This document shows positions 1 to 10,434 of a stretch of DNA of 64,000 nucleotides, piece after piece. This DNA is from Proteromonas lacertae (lineage: Eukaryota), in contig NGBS01000302.1 of NCBI GenBank assembly GCA_002245135.1, positions 1 through 64,000 of the forward strand. Reading direction: 5' to 3'. The number at the start of each line of letters is the position of its first letter. Position 1 is the stretch's first letter. Under the pieces are notes generated by a model that was given only the letters and a program-made list of their open reading frames with translations, searched no databases and was not told the origin of the DNA. The position numbers were made by a program, and so were the translations under genes.

Positions 1-561
1 TTTGATTTCTATAACGAAAGGGATCAGGAAAGTCTATTTCAACAAGATGTTTATATAATAATTTTTAACCATAGATACACTTCTATCTAATACACTCATT
101 ATTCTATGTTGTGAAGGATTCTTTTGATAAGTATTTATACCTTCTGTATCACAAAATTCTTTTATTTTATTAAAAAAACTATCATCTTGATCACTTAATA
201 TACTAATAACTCTTCTTTTAGCTACTATATTAGGTTGATAGTTTGGATTTAAAAAAGCTTCTTGATCTTCTTTATAATACCAAGAAAAGAAAGCATTTAA
301 ACAAGTATTTCCATCTTCTCTTTTCAAAGGTACTACCCATACTTTTCGAGAGTTAGTTTCAATAAAATACAGATGATGTGTTTCAGGTAAAAATAAAACT
401 ATATCCATCTGGAACCAACCAGGCTTTTTAATACTAACGAAAGGATTATCCTTTTTATACTGAAAGTCTACTATTTGATGACCAGGTTGTCTAGCTAAAA
501 ATTCTTTTATAGCATCTATAGGTGGTGGTACTTCATTATTATCTGCAGGATTCATTACCAT
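1..561 (-). CDS. Element-encoded hypothetical protein, probably runs off the window edge
   Basis: Intron-free ORF, likely start ATG 561 (MVMNPADNN) immediately after the upstream ORF stop. Adding one base to the homopolymer at 62-66 opens a better frame (VKKLLYKHLVEIDFPDPFRYRNQ) to the window edge instead of the TAG at 34. Confidence 0.65.
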
Positions 562-562
562 T

Positions 563-836
563 TTAATAAAAATCTCTATCACTTAAATAATGATATTTAT
601 TATATAGTTGTTGTAAACGATTTTGATATTGAGAATATTCAGGATTAGGATATAATTTATAGTCAGTAGTAGGAGGTTCTCTAGGTATACCATCTCTACC
701 ATAATTCATATAATATTGCAAAGATTCAGGATATTTGGTTGTTTAGGTAAGTGTTGTATATTTTTATCTCATTAAGTTACCTACATCATTCATAGTATTA
801 AAAAAATGCTTTAGCAGGATCCCATCCGAAATACAT
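563..836 (-). pseudogene. Disrupted small element ORF (~90 codons), absent from the ORF track
   Basis: Reads MYFGWDPAKAFF/NTMNDVGNLMR*KYTTLT*TTKYPESLQYYMNYGRDGIPREPPTTDYKLYPNPEYSQYQNRLQQLYNKYHYLSDRDFY*, with a frameshift in the A7 run (800-806) and in-frame TAAs at 764-766 and 743-745. It fills the gap between pPolB and the next ORF. Confidence 0.55.
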
Positions 837-916
837 TATTTTTATATTTTATAATATAAGAAAACAAAAAAATAGTAAAAATATCAAATATAATAATAAA
901 AAGAAATATAAAAGTT

Positions 917-3900
917 TCAAACATTAGTAGTGTTATTAATAATAGGTGGATAATAATCATTAAAAGGAATACTATGATAAACATCTAAATAATACCTTTT
1001 AGAATCAAATATGCTAAAAGCCAATTTATTTTGTTCCATAGTATATAAAGTTTGGTTAACACTTCTGAAACTATATTGTTTGATTTTATCAACTCTGTAA
1101 GACTTTTCATCTTCAGCATCTGTTAATATTTTTCTATAAAAGTCAAAATCACAAGTTTTAATTCTATATCCAGTTGTAACACCTTTAGCTCTACTATCAT
1201 GTGTAACAGAATGTATATCATCGTCTACTCTTACTTTTTCATAGGCATACATTTTAGGTTTTAATCCTGCAAATCTAGTAATAGAGTATAAACCATTCTT
1301 AGTTTCTTCTATTTTTAATAAGTTAAGTTCTGAACTTTGATTAACATTTGAATAGTGTATACCTCTAGTTATTAAGTATTGTTTATTAAGATTACCAGTA
1401 TCAACTTTCTTTTCAAAATGTGGATCGTTCATAATATCCATATAGAAATCTCTAGTTTTAACCATAAATATGAAACTATCAGTATCACTCATCAATAATC
1501 TTAAACTACTCCCATATTTCCTATATAAATGTCCATACCAGAACTGAGCCATTAACCTTTTAGATTCACATAATATACTCATACCAATATAAGATGGTTT
1601 ATCAATAGTGCATTTATATTTTTGAAATTTGCATATACGTAAGTTACTATTATCTATAGCAATAAAAATTCTATAAAATGGATTAGAAGTACACTGTAAA
1701 AAGTCTTCTTCATTATTAACCAATTTGGAAGTACATCTATTCTCAGTATTTTCACATGTCTTTCCATAAGCACTATTTAGAATAAGCTTAAAAGTATCAG
1801 CATCAGCATCCCTTCCTTCCAACTTAGCTTGTCTTCTTAAGTTATGATTCATCATTACAAAGTTATGTGCATAATTAGACTCTTTAAATCTGATAATTCT
1901 ATGAATATGATGTATAACATAACCCATTTCACATGCAAATTTCAAATATTGATAGTGAACAACATAGTTGTATTTTGTTGTTAAATCACATACTATTTTA
2001 GGAACATTTGACTTTAACTTTTTAACTTTATATGTTTTATCAATATTATTTTTAACTTCTGAAACTAATCCTAAAGATTCTGCCCATTTCTTTTGTATTT
2101 CAGATAAATTATCATAGTCAACTATTTTTCTTTCAGGTAACAAAGGATATTCAGCAAATTTTTTTCTTTCATCACTATTACTAGGAGGAGAAATATCTAC
2201 TTCCAGAATATATCCATACATATTTTTATTAATCCATTCTGTATTATAATATTTTTCTCTTTGTTCTTCATAGTAATGTAATGATAATATTTTCTTTACA
2301 TTTTCAGTAGTTGGTTCAATCCATTCAAATTCACTATATGGTAACTTCATACTAGCCATAGTACTTGGATATAAAGAATTATAATCCATATACATAATAT
2401 ATGTTTGATTATCTGGATCCTGTACTTCCTTTTTATTTTTCTCTTGCCATTGAGGTTGATAATGATTCCAAGACTCTGCATATCTCATACTACCAACCAT
2501 AGAAATCCCACCTATTAATCCAGAATGTATAAAGTCATAAATATCAGAGTCACTTATTAAATCAATTTTTACATCACAATTTTTAAGGAATATACTCCAA
2601 GATAAACCAGGTGAACTACAATGCCATAATGGATCCAAAGTAAAATTATTCCATATAACATCTCTAAAATGTTCAAATACGCATGTTAATGTAAGAACAT
2701 CTAATCTGAGATAAAATAAATTGTAATCCATTAAGTTATCACATCTAATAACTTTCCATAAAGCCTGACAACTAGCATATTCAACATCTGTTACAGTATT
2801 ATCATCTTTTAGCTTTGAATAGAATGCTTCTTTAGGAGGTAGTTCAAATGTATTAAAATATTTAGATAATGAGTCCACATATTCATATGAAAAATATCCT
2901 TTAGATAAACACCATTTATGGATAAAAGCATCAATATTCATATCATGATCCAATTTACCAGGAGCAGAATATTTTTTATAAATATCTTCATATACATAAC
3001 TGAAATATTTTTGATAATTTCCATTATCTCTTTTTGCTTGAGTATATAATGACTTTGTTAAAGAATCTAAAGAACTTGGTAAGAATTGATAAGAGTCCAT
3101 AAAGTATAATTTGTTGAACTTTATTAATAAAAATTTATTATCTGTTTTGGGTAATACTGATAACTGTGATTTATATTGTTTTTTGTTTTTATATTTTCTT
3201 ATTTTGCCATCTTTACATTTAATAATTCTATAAGCAGATTGTTCATCTATTTCATCTATAACATCTTCTGCATTTCTAGGACTATCTCTTCTTAACATTT
3301 CTTCTAATTCTAACAATGCATTAACTTCTTCATTATTAATTTGTATTACTTCACTTTCAGCTTCTTGAGTTTCCATATCACTTAAAGAATCATGTAATGG
3401 ACTCATACTGAAATTATTATCTTTTTCTTCTTGTTTTTCTTTTCTTAAATTTTTCACATAATCTTTTATTTTATTTGCTGTTATAAAGCCATTAGTATAA
3501 GGAGGTAATGGAGTAAATGTATCACTATCTTGATGTGGAACAGGAATAGAATTAGTATTATCATCTTCTTCTTCAGTATCACTATCAGATTCAGTATCTG
3601 AAGCATAATTTACATTAGGATCAATTATTTTCTTTACAAAATTCATCTCTTAACTTATTATCCCATCTGGACAATCCTCTAATAAAATAGTTATTGTCAT
3701 AATTTTTGGAATTATGAGCAATACAAGGGATTGGCATATTATTTAAACATACATGGAAGTTACAATTATTACATATTCTACCTATATATTGTCCACTAAA
3801 GTGGTCGTGGTGTAAATCAGGTTTCTTATTCTTATTCCTATAATCAAATTATTCTTTACAGTATATGCAATAATTCAATTTATTTTTAGGATCTTCTCTA

Positions 3901-5813
3901 TTATATCCTATCATTTTTTCTGGATTTTTTAATTTTTCTTCATATAAGTCTAATATTTCTTTTTGTATTTCCATAAATTTAGCTATTAATCTATCCTCTA
4001 AATCTGTTTCATTATCTTTAGGTGTTTTAAAATCATACTCTATTTTATTAGGATATATATTAGGATATTTAGATACAACATATAAACACCAACTGGATAA
4101 TATATGCTTTGATAATATACCTTTCTCATTTAAAAATGGATCTGTTACTTTCTCCTGATAAACTTCAGTATCCCAATATATTACTATAGGTATTAGTTGC
4201 ATATATTTAAAGTTCTTAAATTCTAATTGAATATTTTTCTCAGGGAAATTTATTATGATACCTTTATGTAGTTGACAATTATATTTTTCATGTTGTATTC
4301 TTTTTTCATCTGTTGATAATAAAGCAAAACAATAATTACATCTAGGATAACCATTTTTACACTTCTTTCCTTTAGGTATTAATATTACATTTAATTTTGT
4401 AATAGTAGAATAATGTTTATCATTATATAATAAATTTACATGTGGATAATTATTGAACTTATCTATATGTGTTACATATATTGGAACTACTTCTTTATCT
4501 GTTATTTTGAATATATTTAATGTTATATGATTTATTGTTTCAAATTCATGAATTTGTTTTTTATGTTTAATAGGATCTACTGGGAAATATAACATACTAT
4601 AATTGTAGTTAACTCTAATATAATCTTTATATTGTTCTACTCTATTTAAATTCTTATTATTATTATTACCATGAAAAAATGCTGCTGCTATAGCATATAT
4701 AAAACATAATTGATCATTTTCTTTATTATTATCTATTGATATAACACATTTTCTATTTCTAATCCAATCTGGAAGTTCTTTATTTTTGCCACTACCTGCC
4801 ATAGCAGTTGCTTTGACTAATTGAACTTCAACTTCACCAACATGTCTGAATTTTAAACTTGATTTTTCAGTATGCCATAAAGGTCCCATTTCTGTTCTTA
4901 TTCTATCTTTTAATATTTTATGTGCAACATTCATTTCTGATTCTGTAATAACTACAGGTCTACATTCTAAGAATACCCAATTTGTTATTTTATTACCATT
5001 TGGATTATTATAATCTGGATCGTCTGCTCCTATATAACCACTTCTAAAACTTAATGTTACTTTTATATATTTAACATCTTCTAAATATTCTCTTATTTTA
5101 GTAATTAATGGACTACTAGGATCTGTTATAATTTCAGCAACAGCATCTGGATCCTTACCATTTACATCATTTAAAAAGTTAATTTGATATGTTCTACTAT
5201 AATTATCTGTACTTCTCTGAATTAAGTCCATATAATATAATCTCTTTTCATATGGTAATTTTAATAATTTTGTAGGATGATTTTCTAATATATCACTTGC
5301 TTCTCTTAAATCTCTTTCTTCTTGATAAGATAAATTTAAATCTGCTACTCTATTACGCTGTTGTGCATTTGGTGGAGGTTGATTAACAACAACAACAGGT
5401 TGATTTGGATTTGGATTAGGCATTGGAACCTGCATACATCCTTTTCTTTGTATTTTTGGAGGACTTATGTTTTCGAAATCTAGTCTTCTCTTGGGAGGTG
5501 GTGTTACAAATCCTGGTTCAGGAATATTAATTTGAGGTGTTGAATCTACTCCTATATTTCCAGGATAATAATTGAAACCAGGATTTGTATTTGTAACTAG
5601 ATTTCTTGGTGGAATATAATTTCTAACTACTGGAATATTTTGAATAGGTGGAGGTGGTTCATACATATTAGGAGGTGCCATACCTGGATATGGCATGGGC
5701 ATGGGATTAAATCCATAATTTTGTGGAGGAGGAATATAAGGTGCTCCAAATGGTGGTGGACTATAATAATTAAAGTTTGAATAATAATAATAAGGAGGGA
5801 TGAAAGGGTTCAT
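917..5813 (-). CDS. polB: Protein-primed family B DNA polymerase (pPolB) polyprotein, interrupted by one nonsense codon and one frameshift
   Basis: Domain order: Pro/Tyr-rich N-terminus, putative terminal-protein region, vOTU-like protease (DQLCFIYAI...LYNDKHY), Zn finger, ExoI (IYWDTE), EndoVII/HNH-like (CIYC...HHDHFSGQYIGRICNNCN), ExoII (AHNSKNYD), FMDSYQFLPSSL, ExoIII (YLRLDV), Pol A (YMDYNSLYPS), Pol B (KLILNSAYGK), Pol C (SDTDS). The gap 3647-3848 translates in frame after the TAA. Confidence 0.93.
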
Positions 5814-5871
5814 CTAGAAAATTAAAAATTAATTATTTCTATTTTATTATTATTTATTTATTATTTTTATT

Positions 5872-5891
5872 CTTTTAGAAATTTCTAAAAG
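5872..5891. promoter_or_regulatory. Perfect 20-bp palindrome in the divergent promoter between pPolB and the 157-aa ORF
   Basis: CTTTTAGAAATTTCTAAAAG equals its own reverse complement. Function is inferred only. Confidence 0.4.
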
Positions 5892-6056
5892 TTATATATC
5901 AATTCTTTTACGACTTATATTTATTATTTTATATTATTGTTTTATATTTCTTTCTTTTACTTGAATTATATTATATTCTTTGGATCAGATTTGAATTGGA
6001 AGAACAATTTCTTTTAGAAGTATATCTAATTAATTAATTAATTAATACCAAAAAAT

Positions 6057-6530
6057 ATGAGTAATTTTGCTAGAGTATATGAATTCTATGTATTCTTTGA
6101 TGTACTTAAAAATTATATTAGTAGTTTAAATGATTTAAGTAGAAGGGTCTATAAATTAAATCTAAGTGAAAATTTTAGTAGTAAAGAAAATACAGATCTA
6201 AGAGATAAAATAAAGTCTTTTGTAACTTTCATACAAAATATCGAATTGAAATATAACAGAAGTAAAATAGCAACCACATTTAACAAATCTGAATTAACAT
6301 CTTATAGACTGGATATTATAGAAGACTTAGAAAAATTAATTAATAAACTGGACACTTTCTATGTAGAAGATTTTGCATATATTTCTGAAGAAGATTTCAA
6401 TTTGAATGCAAATACTATTAAAAATTTTAGATATATAAAAAATCATTATCTCTATTTAATCGATACAAATTCAGAATTAAATTCTATATATAATATTTTT
6501 AAAAACAGATTGGAAGATGATAAAGACTAA
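6057..6530 (+). CDS. Element-encoded hypothetical protein, 157 aa
   Basis: Intact intron-free ORF divergent from pPolB; no recognisable motif. Confidence 0.7.
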   Translation: MSNFARVYEFYVFFDVLKNYISSLNDLSRRVYKLNLSENFSSKENTDLRDKIKSFVTFIQNIELKYNRSKIATTFNKSELTSYRLDIIEDLEKLINKLDTFYVEDFAYISEEDFNLNANTIKNFRYIKNHYLYLIDTNSELNSIYNIFKNRLEDDKD

Positions 6531-6537
6531 TTAATTT

Positions 6538-6846
6538 TTATTTGATTTTTAACATATTGTTTAAACTTGGTATTGTTTCATTTAATTGTTTTTCTAATTC
6601 TTTTTGTAAATATTGACTTGCTATTTTTTTCCCTTCTAATCTTCCTATTTGATGTAATACCATATCATCTAATTCTAAATGATATTCTTCATTTAATTCT
6701 TTTAATTTTAATATAATCTCGCATGCTATTTTAATTGATGTTTGATAGTCATTGCTCCCATCATCTTTCTTATTGAGATATACATTACACATTTCATATA
6801 AAGAATCAAAACCATTTTCTGCTTCTTCTTTAATTAGATTATCCAT
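6538..6846 (-). CDS. Element-encoded hypothetical protein, 102 aa, helical/coiled-coil
   Basis: Intact intron-free ORF converging on the 157-aa ORF with a 7-nt gap, a virus-like packing. Confidence 0.6.
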   Translation of the reverse strand: MDNLIKEEAENGFDSLYEMCNVYLNKKDDGSNDYQTSIKIACEIILKLKELNEEYHLELDDMVLHQIGRLEGKKIASQYLQKELEKQLNETIPSLNNMLKIK

Positions 6847-6856
6847 TTATGAAATT

Positions 6857-6871
6857 AGAATATTCTAGAAA
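6857..6871. promoter_or_regulatory. Heat-shock-element-like motif
   Basis: AGAATATTCTAGAAA matches nGAAnnTTCnnGAAn and lies 10 nt upstream of ATG 6846; a chance match is plausible in AT-rich DNA. Confidence 0.25.
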
Positions 6872-7033
6872 ATGCAAAAATAATAAATTACCTAATATGA
6901 CATAGGTCACGTATTTTTAAAAAGCTTGGTTTGGTGTGGCCAGGTCCTTTATTCTATATTATTATTTCTTTGTATAAATCATGTAAAAAATATGAATAAA
7001 TTCATATAGAAACGACTCTATTTTCATATTAAA

Positions 7034-10000
7034 ATGAGAAAAATGAATTTTGTGGTTAATGAAATACTTTCTTCCGTATTAAAATCAGAAATGCAGGTAT
7101 TTTAGTTGATTTATTAATATGTAGATAAATAAAAGAGTAGAAAAGAGTGGTAATGAAGTAGATTTAGTTATTCAACATCAAACAGCTGTTGTAATGGTGA
7201 AAATACTAAATATTGATAAGATAAAAGAAAAGAAAATATTAAACTTCATAGAGAATAACTCAATATTGTTAGATTGTAATCTATCCTTTATCTACCCTTC
7301 AAAAACATTTCAATTGAGTCACTGTATGATAATATTACGAATGTGTTATAAAAGAGATTTAGAAGCAGTAATTCAGAGTAAACCCATATCAAGAAGTGAT
7401 ATGTGTAGTGTAATCAGTAGAATATGTAATATTTTAATTGTATTGAGTGAATATGATGTAATGATAAGTAATTTGAGTAGTTATAATATAATTTATGAAG
7501 ATAGTAATGATATAAAGTTATGTGATTTATTCTTGGATAAATTAAGAAAAGAAGAAGATTTGAGAATATATGACTTGTGCTACAAAAGCCCTGAAGAGTT
7601 GAGAGGATTAGAATGTAATGATCGAAGTGTAATTTGGTCAATTGGTTGTATATTATATGAAATGATAAACAAGAAATTACCATTTAATGAAGATAATAAC
7701 ATCAATAGAACAAAAGAGAATATTCTGAGATGTAATTACAGTTTAGATATGGAATGTGATGATATGATGAAAGAGATGATAGACAGAATGTTGAAAGTGG
7801 AAAATGAAGAAAGAATGAGTTTAAAAGAGTTGAGAAAAGAAATGATAAAAATTAATGAAATATTGAGAGATGATAAAAATAATATGATGATATGTAAAGA
7901 AAGAAAAGAGATATTATTCAATAATGATAATGCAATTGTAAAACTTCCAATAGAATGTCCAGCAGAATGTTATCTTCAAAATGAGAAATGGAAAGAAATT
8001 AGAGATAATTTATATCAATCATACAATAATCAATGCAATGAAAAAATACTATCAATATTGTTGATGATAAAATTATACAAAGAATATTATAATATAAATT
8101 CTGAATTGAAATATCAAATAAATCATATATGCAAAGAAGGAAAGGATAGTTATTTGGATCATATGATTATGAATATTAATAATGACTATAATGACAAAGA
8201 TGTAATAATGATTAATTCAAAGTGTAATTGTTTTTGTGAAGAAGGAATAAATTTTCTATTCAGAATGTTGAAACTAATCAATCCAACTAAACTCATGTTT
8301 TATAGAATTAAAGACATGTGGGTATGTGGAAGTTATGTTAATTGTGGATTGAATATTCCATTGAATAACCAATCATTATTTGGATCATATTTTTCACAAT
8401 TATCAGATCTACAACAATTAGACTTATATAAATGTAATCTCACTGCTCGATTCATTGAATCATTTATTCAATCAATTCCATTCATGAAATTGAAATATGT
8501 TATTCTAACATGTATTTATTATTATTTTATATTTGTAATAGATAATCCTATTTGTCCAAAAGGCTTTAGATTATTGCTTCCATATTTACATTTATTAATT
8601 AATAGTAAAAATGAATTATATCTTTATGAAATGAATTTAAATGACGAATCGATGATATTATTATCAGAAGAATTATATAAATATCCAAAACTTGACTTTA
8701 TAGATATTACAGAAAATAAAAATATTCATTCAAAAGGATTAAAAGCCTTATTCTCCAAATTTCCTATTTCCAAAATTGAATTTGATTTTAATAGAAATAA
8801 AGAACTATTGATTGATAAAAATATTCCAGAATTGATCAAATACATTAAAAATAAACATTACATTAGATTTAATTGCTATTATGAATTGAAAGTGTATAAT
8901 TTAGAAATTGATGATGATTTCTTTAAATCATTTATTTCATTAAGGTCAAATGAATTAAGAGTAATTGAATGGTTAGATTTAAGTTGTATAATTTGATATG
9001 TATCTACATATTTAGATAATAATTTAACATGCGAAAGTGTAAAAACATTAATCATTAATTTTTCTTCATTACCAAATCTAAAAGAAATAAAGCTATATGG
9101 AAATGAAATCGGAGATGAAGGAATGAAAATATTATCTCCTCACTTACATTTATTGCTAGATGTTTATTACAGAAATATAATCAATTGTTCTAGTATAATA
9201 ACTGTTATTTAATATTAAATAGAAATGGGATTATCATCAGTTGGATTAAAATATATTGTTGATGATTTGAAGAACAATAATGAATTATTATTGAAATTAG
9301 ATGTAAGTGATAATAAGATTAATTCAGATGGAATAAACTATTTGATTGATTATGAGAAAGATGATGTTAAAGACTTTAGAATAATTTTTCATGGTATGTA
9401 TTCTTTTGTTGATGTTTAATATTTATATAATAGGCAATCCTATAGGTAATATTGGGTTTAAATATATATTTAATAATTATAATATGTTAACCTATTATAA
9501 TTATAATGATAGACAATATGAACTGAATTTAAGTTGTATTTCAATAGATGATGAAAGCTTAGAATTATTAAAAAATAGAATTGATTCAATTGAAAAATGT
9601 AAAAGGATAATTTTAAGCGGAAATGATATTAGTTTCGATGGATTAAAATCGATATGCTTAAAATCATTAGAAAGTAAATACTATCCATTTATTCAAATGG
9701 AATATTTATTATGGAGAAATGAAGAACTAACCTTCTATATAGATTATTGTTTAAAAAAGAAAAACAGTTATTATGTAAACTTTTCGAGTATAGAATTTTT
9801 ATATGTAATGAAATAGATTTAAACATCAATGATTCTCACATATCATTAATAAAACAAAGAATATTTCTAGAATTAGATGTATCAAATAATAAAATAACTT
9901 CAAAAGGATTGAAAGAATTAGCAGAATCATTACATAAAAAAGCAAAGTATATTTCAATATGCAATAATCCAATTGGAGATGAAGGAGTAGAGATAATATG

Positions 10001-10343
10001 TAAATATTTTGATTCATTTACTCATCATAATTCTTCATTAAATCTCTCAAGTATTATTTTTTTTGCTATTTGAATAGATGTTGGAATGACTGAAAATGGA
10101 TTAAAGACATTAATAGAAAGATTAAAAAATAATAAACTATTAGAAAAAATAAACATATCAGGAAATGAATTAAGCGAAGAAGAATTGAGATTGATAATAG
10201 AGAACAAAGAAGTGTTTGATTGTTTAGATGAATTATTAATTATTGTAAAAGATAATATAGAGAAAAATGAATTACAGCAATTTTTAAAAACATTTTCTAC
10301 AGTTGGAACAATAAAGTTAAATGGAGTATATGAAAAAGAATAG
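7034..10343 (+). CDS. Pseudokinase-LRR (ribonuclease-inhibitor-type LRR) protein, spliced
   Basis: ATG 7034, intron 7097-7124. Kinase fold with degenerate motifs (ISN for HRD, DLF for DFG; YKSPEE, IWSIGCILYEM), then LxLxxNxIGDEG repeats. Introns at 8512-8541, 8986-9015, 9193-9222, 9394-9433, 10051-10077; probable indel near 9800. Confidence 0.85.
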
Positions 10344-10434
10344 ATTCAGCTAAGTTTTTTTTAAATTTCAATTTATTTCTCTTTTATAATTGAATTCATT
10401 CACAAATAATAATAAAAAATCATATTAGAAGTAG

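Larger units (their letters stand above)
1..6900. mobile_element. Integrated Polinton/Maverick-type element or Polinton-like virus, right-hand part; left part outside window, right boundary between 6846 and 7034
   Basis: Protein-primed PolB with Polinton-type domain order, tightly packed intron-free orphan ORFs, and an abrupt switch to intron-rich host genes after ~7030. No capsid, integrase, ATPase or TIR is visible in the window. Confidence 0.85.

Noticed and set aside
3165..3640. Intein in pPolB
   Set aside because: No Cys/Ser start, His-Asn end or homing-endonuclease blocks; the sequence is low complexity.
743..3851. TAA reassigned to Gln in the element or host
   Set aside because: TAA terminates element ORFs (563, 6530, 6538) and many host genes, and kilobases of ORF use CAA without TAA.
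6897..6909. 13-nt identity ATGACATAGGTCA with 12391-12403 (10 nt also at 38168)
   Set aside because: Similarity does not extend and one copy is coding sequence; probably chance.
6846..7034. Terminal inverted repeat or target-site duplication of the element
   Set aside because: The other end is outside the window and no clear AG...CT Polinton terminus is visible; the GC-richer patch at 6925-6948 is only suggestive.
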